From Candidatus Bathyarchaeota archaeon (GTDB taxonomy: Archaea > Thermoproteota > Bathyarchaeia > Bathyarchaeales > DTEX01), in contig JAGTQF010000004.1 in assembly GCA_018396655.1 (NCBI GenBank), positions 317-64,316 on the forward strand: a stretch of DNA of 64,000 nucleotides, given 5' to 3'. The translations under genes and the position numbers were made by a program. Shown here piece after piece: positions 1 to 9,572 of the stretch (the stretch's first letter is position 1; each line of letters starts with the position of its first letter). The notes below the pieces were generated by a model. It was not told the DNA's origin. It did no database searches and was given only the letters and a program-made list of their open reading frames with translations.

Positions 1-70
1 AAGTTTAAGCGCGCTTTTAAGGTTTCATGATAGATTTAAAAAAGAAAAAATCTTAAGTAAGTTCTTAACA

Positions 71-82
71 ATTATTTATTTT
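71..82 (+). promoter_or_regulatory. putative TATA-like box for tRNA-Met
   Basis: AT-rich ATTATTTATTTT lies 14-25 nt upstream of the tRNA 5' end. This is a position-based guess only. Confidence 0.3.
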
Positions 83-95
83 TGGTTGGTGCGCG

Positions 96-173
96 GGGCC
101 CGTAGCTCAGCTAGGTTAGAGCGGCAGGCTCATAACCTGTTGGTCGCCGGTTCAAGTCCGGCCGGGCCCACCA
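96..173 (+). tRNA. tRNA-Met (anticodon CAT), elongator type; could also be tRNA-Ile2 read via modified CAU
   Basis: Hand-folded cloverleaf: acceptor GGGCCCG/CGGGCCC, T-arm GCCGG-TTCAAGT-CCGGC, anticodon loop CT-CAT-AA at 129-135. CCA is encoded and there is no intron. Confidence 0.9.
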
Positions 174-246
174 AAATTCTATTTTTCATTGTGGAAATTT
201 TTAATTATGGGTTTATTGCGGATTAATAGTTTGGGTTTGATGCTTC

Positions 247-1077
247 ATGTGTCGGCTGCTTGGCATACTCTCGCTCAATCCATCTGTGGTTGGCGGATAC
301 CTTCTTAGTGATCCATGTTCACTTTATGTGCAGAGTAGGGTTAATCCGGCGAGGTTGCAGAGTGATGGTTGGGGTTTGGGCTTTTATGAGAGTGGTATGC
401 TTAGGTTGGTTAAGAGCGAGAGGCCCGTGTATGAGGAGTTTGAGTTTTTCAAGTCTGTTGTTGAATCTTTGAGGTCTAACATTATTGTTGCTCATATTCG
501 GAGGGCTAGTAACCCGAGGGGTCTGCCTAGAAGCATGCTAATTTCTGTTGAGAACTCCCAGCCCTTTGGATATGGAAATTACGTCTTTGCACATAATGGT
601 GTCATAATGCTACCAGATGAGATGGCAAGCCTGCTTGGAGATTGGCGGAATAAGATTAGGGGCTTAAATGACAGCGAAGTCTACTTCTGGCATATAATAA
701 AGGGGATATTTGAGGGGAAGAGCCTCAAAGAAGCCCTAATAGAATTTCAAGAAACCCTCCATAAAGTTTGGCTTGAGAACCATAGGAAATATCTAGATAG
801 AGATAGGCCGTACATAGGCTTAAACATGATATTCAGCGATGGAAATAAACTCTATGCATACTGCAAGTATGATGAGGAAAGAGACGGACGGACAAAATCA
901 CTATGCTATGGGGATCAGCCAGCGATGCAGATGGTTTACGTTACTAGTGCAAATAAGCTCATTGTGGCATCAGAGAAGACGAATGCCGAGGAGACATGGC
1001 TGCCAATAAGAAGTGGTCAACTTCTAGTAGGAGAGGTCGTCGGCGGAAGAGTAAAGGTTAGCATGGAGGAGGTTTAG
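247..1077 (+). CDS. class II (Ntn-type) glutamine amidotransferase domain protein, YafJ-like
   Basis: N-terminal Met-Cys (MCRLLG) nucleophile. Contains GWGLGFY, AHIRRAS and FAHNG motifs typical of GATase-2 proteins. Confidence 0.7.
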   Translation: MCRLLGILSLNPSVVGGYLLSDPCSLYVQSRVNPARLQSDGWGLGFYESGMLRLVKSERPVYEEFEFFKSVVESLRSNIIVAHIRRASNPRGLPRSMLISVENSQPFGYGNYVFAHNGVIMLPDEMASLLGDWRNKIRGLNDSEVYFWHIIKGIFEGKSLKEALIEFQETLHKVWLENHRKYLDRDRPYIGLNMIFSDGNKLYAYCKYDEERDGRTKSLCYGDQPAMQMVYVTSANKLIVASEKTNAEETWLPIRSGQLLVGEVVGGRVKVSMEEV

Positions 1078-1083
1078 GAAGAG

Positions 1084-1118
1084 AGGGAGAGGCTCTCCAG
1101 GAGATAGGGAGGTATCAA
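1084..1118 (+). repeat. 35-nt purine-rich element, copy A (partner at 35929..35963, opposite strand)
   Basis: AGGGAGAGGCTcTCCAggAGATAGGGAGGTATCAA matches the reverse complement of 35929..35963 at 32 of 35 positions (aligned by hand). It starts 7 nt after the stop of the 247..1077 gene. Confidence 0.6.
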
Positions 1119-1204
1119 CAAGCCTTAAATAAAAAATGGAGGCACTTTTATCCCTATCAAAAATCCTAAGGACATTAATGGATTGGGTGGGCTGAAGCAG
1201 CTGG

Positions 1205-1450
1205 CTATTCTCTCTTCATCTCCTCAATAACAATCATGGTGAGAGTTGACCTAACCTTATTTAATCTGCGTATTCGCCATGTAACTATATCCTTAAGCTT
1301 CTCCATCGATTCAGCCCTAACCTTAGCCACTATATCATAAACCCCATAAACGCTATATGCCTCCTCGACGCCCTCAACCTTCTTAAGCTCATTTAAAACT
1401 TCCCCTTCTGAACCTATCTCCGTGTTTATTAATACGAATGCTATTGGCAT
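1205..1450 (-). CDS. stand-alone Lrp/AsnC ligand-binding (RAM) domain protein
   Basis: 81 aa with a beta-alpha-beta-beta-alpha-beta pattern (AFVLINTE...EEAYSVYGVYDIVAKV) typical of AsnC-type RAM domains. No HTH is present. Confidence 0.6.
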   Translation of the reverse strand: MPIAFVLINTEIGSEGEVLNELKKVEGVEEAYSVYGVYDIVAKVRAESMEKLKDIVTWRIRRLNKVRSTLTMIVIEEMKRE

Positions 1451-1519
1451 TCCTATCCCTCAATACCTAATATAATTTAAATGCTTAAAAATCTTCTTAA
1501 ATTCCATTGACGAAAAAGG

Positions 1520-3049
1520 GTGGGTTTAATGGCTGAGAGGATTATAACAACTAGGGAGATGCGCGCCCTAGATGTAAACGCAGAATACTTCGGCATATCC
1601 AGGCTGCAACTGATGGAGAATGCCGGAAGAGCTGTTGCAACCGAGATCGCATCGCGCTTTAAACCCCAAGATACAAAAGTTACGGTATTCTGCGGTTTAG
1701 GCGGCAATGGAGGCGATGGATTCGTTGCAGCAAGACATCTAGTTTGTATAGGCTTTAGGGTTGAGGTGATACTTGCTGGGAGACCATCCGACATAACTAA
1801 TGAGGAAGCTAGAAGAAATTGGGAGGCTTTAAAATCGCTGCGTAAATCCCTAGTCCTCCGTGAGACTCATGATTCATCACTCATACCGGACATCAAAGCA
1901 GACGTTATCATAGACGCGCTCTTAGGGATTGGTTTGAAGTCCCCTCCACGCCCACCAATCGCCCAGATGATAAGAAAAATCAACGAGTCTAGTGCCTTCA
2001 AGGTCGCCGTTGATGTTCCAAGCGGAATAGACTCGGATACCGGCATGGTCCTAACTGAGGCTGTGAAGGCAAATTTAACGGTGACTTTTCATAAGCCCAA
2101 GCCGGGACTATTAAAGGCTAAGGAGTATGTTGGCGAATTAATTGTTAAGCAGATTGGAATCCCTGAGGAAATCGAGAGATTTGCAGGTCCAGGAGACGTC
2201 ATGATTGTTGTTAAGCCTAGGCCGCCAGAAGCCCATAAAGGCGACTTTGGTAGGCTACTAATAGTTGGCGGTAGCGAAACATTTAGTGGAGCACCCACAT
2301 TAACGGCCCTAGCGGCCCTAAGAACAGGCGTAGACCTAGTTTATATTGCTGCCCCACGTGAGACCGCATACACCATATCATCTATATCACCAGACCTTAT
2401 AACGCTCAAGCTTGAAGGAGACCACCTTAGCATGCGAAACATGTCAATAATTAGGAGCTATATGGATAGGGCTACAGCTGTCGCCATAGGACCGGGCCTA
2501 GGCCTACACAAAGAGACAGAGGAGGCTGTTAATGAGGTGATAAGAGCTGCTGAGGAGCGAAAACTCCCAATACTACTAGATGCCGACGGATTAAAGGCAT
2601 TTGCCAACTCTAAGCGTAGGCTAAAGACCCAAGCAGTTCTAACACCCCATCTAGGCGAATACATGATTCTATCCGGCGAAAGGCCACCGGATGATTTAGA
2701 GGAGAGGGCGGAGCATGTTAGGAGAACGGCTGAGAATCTTAGCGCAGTTATACTCCTAAAAGCGCACACCGACATAATATCGGATGGGCTTAGGGTTAAA
2801 TTCAATTTTACTGGAAACCCGGGAATGACAGTTGGCGGAACTGGAGATGTTCTATCCGGAATAGTCGCCGCGCTACTAGCTCAGGGCGTAGACGCATTTG
2901 AGGCTGCTGTGGCTGGAGCATTCATTAATGGCGCCGCTGGAGACTTCGTATGCGCGGAGAAGGGATATCATATGATTGCCACAGATTTAATCGATTGGAT
3001 ACCTAGAGTGATTAATGACCCTATGAGCCACATTAAATTGAGGAAGTGA
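1520..3049 (+). CDS. nnr: bifunctional NAD(P)H-hydrate repair enzyme (epimerase plus ADP-dependent dehydratase)
   Basis: The N-terminal YjeF_N region carries GLGGNGGDG. The C-terminal carbohydrate-kinase-like region carries KGDFGRLLIVGGS and GTGDVLSG. Confidence 0.85.
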   Translation: MGLMAERIITTREMRALDVNAEYFGISRLQLMENAGRAVATEIASRFKPQDTKVTVFCGLGGNGGDGFVAARHLVCIGFRVEVILAGRPSDITNEEARRNWEALKSLRKSLVLRETHDSSLIPDIKADVIIDALLGIGLKSPPRPPIAQMIRKINESSAFKVAVDVPSGIDSDTGMVLTEAVKANLTVTFHKPKPGLLKAKEYVGELIVKQIGIPEEIERFAGPGDVMIVVKPRPPEAHKGDFGRLLIVGGSETFSGAPTLTALAALRTGVDLVYIAAPRETAYTISSISPDLITLKLEGDHLSMRNMSIIRSYMDRATAVAIGPGLGLHKETEEAVNEVIRAAEERKLPILLDADGLKAFANSKRRLKTQAVLTPHLGEYMILSGERPPDDLEERAEHVRRTAENLSAVILLKAHTDIISDGLRVKFNFTGNPGMTVGGTGDVLSGIVAALLAQGVDAFEAAVAGAFINGAAGDFVCAEKGYHMIATDLIDWIPRVINDPMSHIKLRK

Positions 3050-3053
3050 GGAA

Positions 3054-3881
3054 GTGAAAATAGATATTTTGCTGCCACTATCCCTCTTCCTAATAGTCGC
3101 GCTATCCCTCCTACTTAACGAGAAGATTGGAAGAAGAGTGAGGGGAATTTTGGGGGATAGGAAGCTCGGTGGCCATGAAATATTCCTCATGGTCGCTTCT
3201 GTGGGTGCCATGGTCTCCCTAACAGTTTTAATGCCAAGCTACGCGATACAAATAATCTTCGTAGCAGCCTACTCATACATGCTACTGATATTCGTATATC
3301 TGCTCCTAGAGAAGATACTTTTAGCCGTCATTCCACCAGTAGCCTTCATAATAACCTACCTAGCAGTCTACATCATAATAGAAGATGCCTATATTGCGAA
3401 TGCCATTATGAGCTTATTTGCAGCACTCTTCGCTATAATGATAATCACATATCTAAATGCTCTTTTCTCATGGAGGGTGGCAATCCTCTTCGCCGCGCTA
3501 CTAACAGCGATGGACGTAATCCAAGTCTTTTTAACTACCCATATGATTGAGGCTGCGTTCAAGATGATTGCCCTACGACTACCAGTAGCCATAATCCTCC
3601 CAACGTTCCCATCAGTAGGATACATGATGAGTTTAGGTTTAGGTGATATTTTCCTCTCCGGTCTTCTCTCAACACAGGCAGCAAACAGATATGGCCGAAA
3701 AACGGGTCTTCTAATAGCGGCATCTATAAGCGCTGCCCTCTTCATTTTTGAGATTCTAGCCTTTAACCTAAAGCTTGAATTTGAAGGGGGCTTCCCAGCA
3801 ACAATAATTGTTCTTCTAGGGTGCTTCCTAGGATTGGGAATTAGCATTCTCCAGAAGAGAATATCGGAGAGAAAGTGGTGA
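3054..3881 (+). CDS. polytopic membrane protein, presenilin/signal-peptide-peptidase-like (GxGD intramembrane aspartyl protease candidate)
   Basis: About 8-9 hydrophobic segments. Contains LGLGDIFLSG (GxGD motif), an upstream AMDVIQVF (position of YD...VF) and a downstream FPAT (position of PAL). Confidence 0.5.
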   Translation: MKIDILLPLSLFLIVALSLLLNEKIGRRVRGILGDRKLGGHEIFLMVASVGAMVSLTVLMPSYAIQIIFVAAYSYMLLIFVYLLLEKILLAVIPPVAFIITYLAVYIIIEDAYIANAIMSLFAALFAIMIITYLNALFSWRVAILFAALLTAMDVIQVFLTTHMIEAAFKMIALRLPVAIILPTFPSVGYMMSLGLGDIFLSGLLSTQAANRYGRKTGLLIAASISAALFIFEILAFNLKLEFEGGFPATIIVLLGCFLGLGISILQKRISERKW

Positions 3882-3891
3882 AAGTATTCCC

Positions 3892-5094
3892 CTAAACCCT
3901 ATTCTCCTCTATAAACGCCTTTATTCTCCTCAGCCCCTCTCTAATGGTCTCTTCGGAAGCGGCATATGAAAATCTTAGGTGCTCTCCCTCACCTACATTT
4001 TTATGCCCAAAATGAATATCCGATAGAACCGCTACACCAGCATCATAAAGCAGACGCGTCCTAAATTCCTCCGAGTCCTTGGCGCCAACAATCCTGCAAG
4101 CCTCCGTAACATTCGGCCAAACATAAAAGGCCCCCCTAGGCTTGAGGCACTTAATCCCCTCAATCGAATTTAATCCATCAACGATTATATCCCTTCTCCT
4201 TCTAAAGGTCTCAACCATTCTTCGCGTATCATCCTGCGGTCCTGTTAAAGCCGTTAGAGCAGCATACTGATTTGGGTGGGGTGCGCATGACTCTGTGTTT
4301 GTCACCCAGCGAGATAAGTGCTCGGCGAGCAGCGGGTTTGCGGCAAAGCCTATCCTCCAGCCAGTCATAGCATAGGTCTTTGAAACACCATCAACGATTA
4401 TTGTTCTTTCGAGCATACCATCTATCGAGGCTATGCTAATAAACTCTCCATCATAAACCATTCTGGAGTAGACCTCATCTGAGAACACCCATAAATTATC
4501 ATACCGCTTAACTATGTCAGCTATTTGCTCAAGAGTCTCCTTATCTAAAACGCTGCCAGTTGGATTATGGGGCGAATTCAATATTAAAAGCCTGGTTTTA
4601 TTGTCAATCAACTTCTCCAAGTAGTCAACGTCTATACTAAAGCCCTTACTCTCACGCAGCGGTATTGGAACAGGAACGGCACCATATGCCCTTATCAGCG
4701 ATTCATAAATTGGGAAGCCAGGGTTGGGATAAACAACTTTCTGTCCCATACCATAATCAGTAACCGAGAGAATTGTATAGCCTATAAATGGCTTTGCCCC
4801 ACAAGCAACTACAACCCACTCCGGCTTAACATCGATACCTCTAGTCTCAGAGAAATATTCTGCAACAGCCTCTCTAAGCTCTGGTATACCGGGCGAGGGC
4901 GTATAGCCAGTTTTACCCTCCCTTATAGCCTTAATCGCACCCTCTTTAATGTAGTCTGGCGTATCAAAGTCCGGCTGACCAATACAGAAGTTCATTATGC
5001 TCTTACCTTTCCGAATAAGTTCATTAACCTCCTTTAAGACGACAAAGGCGTTCTCCGTCCCTAAATTTTTAGTTCTCTCTGATATCTCTAACAA
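3892..5094 (-). CDS. class I/II pyridoxal-phosphate aminotransferase (aspartate aminotransferase-like)
   Basis: Contains NSPHNPTG, SDEVY and SKTYAMTGWRIG (PLP-lysine motif). Confidence 0.8.
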   Translation of the reverse strand: MLEISERTKNLGTENAFVVLKEVNELIRKGKSIMNFCIGQPDFDTPDYIKEGAIKAIREGKTGYTPSPGIPELREAVAEYFSETRGIDVKPEWVVVACGAKPFIGYTILSVTDYGMGQKVVYPNPGFPIYESLIRAYGAVPVPIPLRESKGFSIDVDYLEKLIDNKTRLLILNSPHNPTGSVLDKETLEQIADIVKRYDNLWVFSDEVYSRMVYDGEFISIASIDGMLERTIIVDGVSKTYAMTGWRIGFAANPLLAEHLSRWVTNTESCAPHPNQYAALTALTGPQDDTRRMVETFRRRRDIIVDGLNSIEGIKCLKPRGAFYVWPNVTEACRIVGAKDSEEFRTRLLYDAGVAVLSDIHFGHKNVGEGEHLRFSYAASEETIREGLRRIKAFIEENRV

Positions 5095-5259
5095 ACCATT
5101 CTCCTCCTAGCGTCGATATCTTCGAGCCAGCTTTAGACCATACAATTTTCTAGTTTTATGTGCAAAACTTGTTCAAAAATTTTTCTGTTAAAAACTAAAC
5201 ATTTAAGTTTATTAGCGGATACATTAAATATACTTTATTTCTGACGTTAGGTGAGAGGT

Positions 5260-5544
5260 ATGCTTAGGGCCGAATATAAAGTTGAAGGAGGTAAGCTGAT
5301 AAAGGTTCAACTCACCAAACAGAACGATAAAATAGGTTCAATAAAAATTACTGGCGACTTCTTTATGCACCCAGAGGAGGCAATTGAGGGTCTTGAAATA
5401 GCCCTTATAGGATGCCCAATCAATGAAATAGTGTTGGCCAGCACTATAAGAAATTTCATCAACGAAAATAAAGTGATTCTATTAGGTGCAACCCCAGAGG
5501 ACTTCGCAAAATGTATTATTAAGGCAGGTGGTGGCAGTGGTTGA
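5260..5544 (+). CDS. lipoate-protein ligase C-terminal (accessory) domain protein, LplB-like
   Basis: Pattern GGKLIKVQL...IKITGDFFMHPEE is typical of the LplA C-terminal domain. ATG at 5260 is preceded by GGTGAG; the longest ORF starts at GTG 5251. Confidence 0.6.
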   Translation: MLRAEYKVEGGKLIKVQLTKQNDKIGSIKITGDFFMHPEEAIEGLEIALIGCPINEIVLASTIRNFINENKVILLGATPEDFAKCIIKAGGGSG

Positions 5545-6307
5545 AAGATGGCGCCTACTTGATACAGGCCTTAGAGATGCCTTCTACAATATGGCCCTCG
5601 ATGAGGCTATAGCCATAGCCAGATCTAAGAATATTGTGCCAAACACTATTCGTTTCTTTAGATGGGAGCCCTCAGCTGTCTCAATAGGATATTTCCAGAG
5701 CATGGAGGAGGAGGTAGATATAGAGGCATGCAATCGACTGGGTATCGACTATGTCAGGAGGAGAACTGGTGGAGGAGCAGTATATCATGATCGAGATGGG
5801 GAGCTGACCTACAGCTTAGTAGTAAACGAGGACCACCCCCTAATCTCAAGAGATTTCCAGAAGACCTATGAAACCCTATGCTCTGGCTTAGTTAGAGGTT
5901 TAAGGTTATTGGGCGTTCCGGCGGAGTTTAAGCCCATAAATGACATAGTTGTTGGTGGAAAGAAGATATCTGGAAATGCCCAAACAAGAGGAATGGGCGT
6001 TGTGCACCAACATGGAACAATCTTACGTGATGTAAATCCAAAGCTAATGTTCACCGTACTCAAAGTTCCAAGCGAAAAAATCCGAGATAAAATGATAAAA
6101 GCCGCTGAGGAAAGGGTGATATCAATAAAAAGCTACTTGGGTAGGGAAGTTAGTTTTGAGGAGCTAAAAAGCGCTTTGATAAAAGGCTTTGAAGAAAGCT
6201 TCAACATTAGATTGTTGCCTGGGGAGATAACGTATTTTGAGGAGCAAATGGCTTTAAAATTAAAAGCCGAGAAATATTCGACGAGAGAATGGAATTTTAG
6301 AAGGTAA
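5537..6307 (+). CDS. lplA: lipoate-protein ligase A catalytic domain
   Basis: Contains WRLLDTG, RRxTGGGAVYHD and KISGNAQ motifs. The longest ORF begins at 5486, but GTG 5537 overlaps the upstream stop and gives a typical N-terminus. Confidence 0.8.
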   Translation: MVERWRLLDTGLRDAFYNMALDEAIAIARSKNIVPNTIRFFRWEPSAVSIGYFQSMEEEVDIEACNRLGIDYVRRRTGGGAVYHDRDGELTYSLVVNEDHPLISRDFQKTYETLCSGLVRGLRLLGVPAEFKPINDIVVGGKKISGNAQTRGMGVVHQHGTILRDVNPKLMFTVLKVPSEKIRDKMIKAAEERVISIKSYLGREVSFEELKSALIKGFEESFNIRLLPGEITYFEEQMALKLKAEKYSTREWNFRR

Positions 6308-6437
6308 TCTCTCTTTTTTATATACTAAATCTATGATTTTTTACCTATAACTTTGGAATTCATAACTCATATTTTTATGACCATCCCATAAAAGAGGCAA
6401 AGCGCTGACGCGCAAATTTGAGGAGGGAAAAAGGAAA

Positions 6438-6695
6438 GTGTCGAAGAAGAGGTCTAGACTTGAGATTTATCTTGAGGTTTTAGAGACAATCATGGCTGGA
6501 TATAATAAGCCGACGAACATAATGTATAAATGTAATCTCTCATGGATTTCACTTAAAGAGATTCTGGATTCCTTGGTTGAGAAGGGCTTAATTACAACGG
6601 TTGAGAGAAACAAGAGAAAGCTATACCTAATTACAGAGAAGGGGAGGAGTATAGTTAGCCGCCTAGAAGAAACATACAACTTGCTCTCGACGTAA
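6438..6695 (+). CDS. small winged-helix DNA-binding protein (paralog of 52637..52915)
   Basis: 85 aa. KRSRLEIYLEVL...KPTNIMYKCNLSW...L...GLI is shared almost motif-for-motif with the 52637 ORF. GAGGAGGG lies upstream of the GTG start. Confidence 0.6.
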   Translation: MSKKRSRLEIYLEVLETIMAGYNKPTNIMYKCNLSWISLKEILDSLVEKGLITTVERNKRKLYLITEKGRSIVSRLEETYNLLST

Positions 6696-6740
6696 ACTCT
6701 CCATTTTGGTCCCTCACCTTTCTTTTAAGCGTCTAAGGAA

Positions 6741-6768
6741 TAGAACAATTGTTCTAATGCTTAGCATT
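6741..6768. promoter_or_regulatory. two abutting palindromes (candidate operator) between the wHTH gene and the beta-propeller gene
   Basis: TAGAACAATTGTTCTA is a perfect 16-nt palindrome (6741-6756). It is immediately followed by AATGCT-T-AGCATT (6756-6768). Confidence 0.35.
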
Positions 6769-6806
6769 AAGGATGGCAAATAAATCAATTATATTCTGGT
6801 GATGCA

Positions 6807-8753
6807 ATGGCCACTGTCAAAATACTTAAATTACTGAGAGGAATTAAAACGATACCAGCCATCTTGATTCTTCTCAGTCTATTACCGTTCACGTCCATAC
6901 TGCTTTTCACTATAGGGAGTCAAAAGCTGCTGCCAAATAATCAGGGCGCAAACACAAATTACATGGTTCTAAGAAGGTTCCAATCCTACGATGAATTAAA
7001 AAATCTTTTAAATAGGGAGGTTGCCTACCCATGGTTTAGATTCACGGCTACAGAGTTCGGGCTAGAGAGAAAATATATGACAATAGAGACTGCAAGCGCT
7101 GGGTATTCAAGAACAAATATTCAGGTTGAGGGGGTAGATGAAGCCGATATAGTGAAGACTGATGGAGAAAATATATACTTAGCCCTGGGGAAAAGGGTTT
7201 TAATTATTAAGGCTTATCCACCTGAAGATGCAAGAGTATCCGCGGAAATCCAAGTAGATAATATGGTCTCTGGTCTCTTCATAAATAATGGAAGATTAGT
7301 CATTATATTCTGTAGAGACGTCTGCTATTATGCTGAGATAAGTGAGGACAGTTCGAAAAGAGAGGACAAGCAAATTTTTATTGAGCCAAAAATATCAGTA
7401 CTTATCCGTCCAGAGACGTTGATACTCATCTATGATGTGAAGAACACTGAGGCGCCCATGCTAATTAGGAACGTCACTCTGAGCGGATTATACTTCAACT
7501 CTAGGATGATTGGAGACTATGTTTATGTTTTGGCATCCTCGCCAGCAGTATACATCGAGAATTATGGCGTGATTCTCCCAGAGATAATCGATGGTGAACG
7601 CATCATAAAGGTTGGGCCGACATCAATTTACTACTCGACCGCACCAGACATTTACTATGCCTTCACAAATATTGTTGCTGTAAATGTTCAGAAGCCGGAT
7701 GAGCCCATTTCCCACGAAACTTTCCTACTTGGATATGCAAGCTGCATCTATGTCTCACTAAACAACATTTATGTTGCTGTGCCAAAATACTCCGAGAGCA
7801 TCCCAACTACCGAAGTTCATAGGATTAGAATCGAAGGTGGCAAAATAAAATATGAGGCAAGCGGTGCTGTTCCAGGCTTTATCTTAAACCAATTCTCAAT
7901 GGATGAACATAGTGGCTATTTTAGAATAGCCACCACAAAATATTATCAAGTGATTAGAGGATTAAATGACCAAGAAACGTATCAATATCAGCCCAGCGGC
8001 AACGTTTACATCCTAGACATGAACCTAGCGGTTGTCGGTGAAATCGAGGGCTTAGCGCCCGGTGAATACATATACTCGGCTAGGTTTATGGGAGAACGCT
8101 GTTATTTGGTTACTTTCAAGAAGGTTGACCCACTATTCGTCATAAGCCTTGAGGACCCAACTAATCCAAAAGTTCTTGGTAAGCTTAAGATACCGGGTTA
8201 CTCGAATTACCTTCACCCGTGTGATGAGAATTATCTGATAGGTATAGGTAAATGGACTGTTGAGGCTGAGGAGGGTGACTTTGCATGGTATCAGGGCTTG
8301 AAGATATCGCTCTTCGACGTAAGTGATGTTGAGTGTCCAAAAGAGGTAGACAGCATTATAATAGGCGATAGAGGGACAGATTCGCTAGTTCTACATGACC
8401 ATAAAGCTCTATTATTCGATAGGAGACTCAACCTCCTCGCAATGCCAATTCTAGTGGCAGAAATAGATAAGACTAAGCATTCTAATGGTGTTCCACCATA
8501 TACTTATGGTGATTATGTCTGGCAGGGACTTTATGTCTTCAACATAACCGAGAGCAGTATAATCTTGAGGGGTAAAATCACCCATATAGAAAATCCAGAC
8601 GACTTTCTTAAAAGCGGATATTGGTTTTATTCTGAATATACTATTGAGCGTGCGCTATATATAGGCGACATAATATACACGATATCAAGCAAAATGATAA
8701 AAATGAATAACTTATGGAGTCTCGCGGAGATAAACAGCGTAAAACTCCCATAA
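6807..8753 (+). CDS. secreted or membrane-anchored beta-propeller domain protein
   Basis: N-terminal hydrophobic anchor. The C-terminal half (YSARFMGERCYLVTFKKVDPLFVISLEDPTNPKVLGKLKIPGYSNYLHP) matches my recollection of the archaeal/bacterial Beta_propel family. Confidence 0.6.
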   Translation: MATVKILKLLRGIKTIPAILILLSLLPFTSILLFTIGSQKLLPNNQGANTNYMVLRRFQSYDELKNLLNREVAYPWFRFTATEFGLERKYMTIETASAGYSRTNIQVEGVDEADIVKTDGENIYLALGKRVLIIKAYPPEDARVSAEIQVDNMVSGLFINNGRLVIIFCRDVCYYAEISEDSSKREDKQIFIEPKISVLIRPETLILIYDVKNTEAPMLIRNVTLSGLYFNSRMIGDYVYVLASSPAVYIENYGVILPEIIDGERIIKVGPTSIYYSTAPDIYYAFTNIVAVNVQKPDEPISHETFLLGYASCIYVSLNNIYVAVPKYSESIPTTEVHRIRIEGGKIKYEASGAVPGFILNQFSMDEHSGYFRIATTKYYQVIRGLNDQETYQYQPSGNVYILDMNLAVVGEIEGLAPGEYIYSARFMGERCYLVTFKKVDPLFVISLEDPTNPKVLGKLKIPGYSNYLHPCDENYLIGIGKWTVEAEEGDFAWYQGLKISLFDVSDVECPKEVDSIIIGDRGTDSLVLHDHKALLFDRRLNLLAMPILVAEIDKTKHSNGVPPYTYGDYVWQGLYVFNITESSIILRGKITHIENPDDFLKSGYWFYSEYTIERALYIGDIIYTISSKMIKMNNLWSLAEINSVKLP

Positions 8754-8758
8754 ATCCG

Positions 8759-9412
8759 TTATTTTTCCTTTTTTAGACCGCCAATTATCTCGATTATCTT
8801 GTTAACTATGACATCTGGCGGCGTCATTAGGTCATTGCAATGAACATCCTTTATAAGACCTTTCCTCCTATAGTAGTCTATTAGCGGCTCAGTACTCCTT
8901 CTATAAACGTTTAGTCGCTCCCTTATAACTTCCGGCTTATCGTCTTCCCTCTGATAAAGTTCGCCGCCGCATAAGTCGCATACTTCGTCAACCTTAGGCT
9001 TTAACGTCAGCCTATTATATATGGCTCCACATTTTCTACACACAAGCCTATTGGATAAACGCTGAATAATTATTTCATCTGGAACATTAAGATTTATAAC
9101 AACATCTATCTCGGAGATTCTCTCCAGAGCCTCGGCTTGCCTTATCGTTCTCGGAAATCCATCGAGTATGAAGCCTCTTTGAGCATCCGGCTTCTTCAAC
9201 CTTTCAACTAACAAATCAATTATTATCTTATCTGGCACAAGCTCGCCCCTATCACTATATTCTTTAATCTTTCTCCCAATCTCAGTTTGCGCCCTTATCT
9301 CTTCACGCACCATGTCACCCGTGGATATATGTGGTATCCCAAGTATGCTAGTCAGTCTTGAGGCATAGGTTCCTTTACCAGAGCCCGGGGGCCCAAGCAT
9401 AACAATTCTCAT
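8759..9412 (-). CDS. adk: adenylate kinase (long form with zinc-ribbon lid)
   Basis: Contains the GPPGSGKGT P-loop, a CRKCG...CDLCGG lid and GFPRT. ATG 9412 (MRIVMLGPPG) is preferred over the longest-ORF start at 9430. Confidence 0.85.
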   Translation of the reverse strand: MRIVMLGPPGSGKGTYASRLTSILGIPHISTGDMVREEIRAQTEIGRKIKEYSDRGELVPDKIIIDLLVERLKKPDAQRGFILDGFPRTIRQAEALERISEIDVVINLNVPDEIIIQRLSNRLVCRKCGAIYNRLTLKPKVDEVCDLCGGELYQREDDKPEVIRERLNVYRRSTEPLIDYYRRKGLIKDVHCNDLMTPPDVIVNKIIEIIGGLKKEK

Positions 9413-9572
9413 ACTGACCACCCAAAGCAAGCAATAATTACTATCTTTTGAGTATTCGGGAATAAAAAATATTTGTTAAGGACAGAAAAATGTTTAAAAT
9501 TTGCTTTCAGAGCACCATAGAGTTGCATAAAGATATAAATATTTGATTCTCTAGTTATTTTGAGGATGAAAG

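Noticed and set aside
5251-6307. The split lipoate-protein ligase (C-terminal domain gene preceding the catalytic-domain gene) considered as a frameshift or pseudogene.
   Set aside because: Bipartite LplA/LplB ligases encoded by two adjacent genes are established in archaea (Thermoplasma). The junction here has a GTG start overlapping the upstream stop. This is consistent with two coupled genes rather than a broken one.
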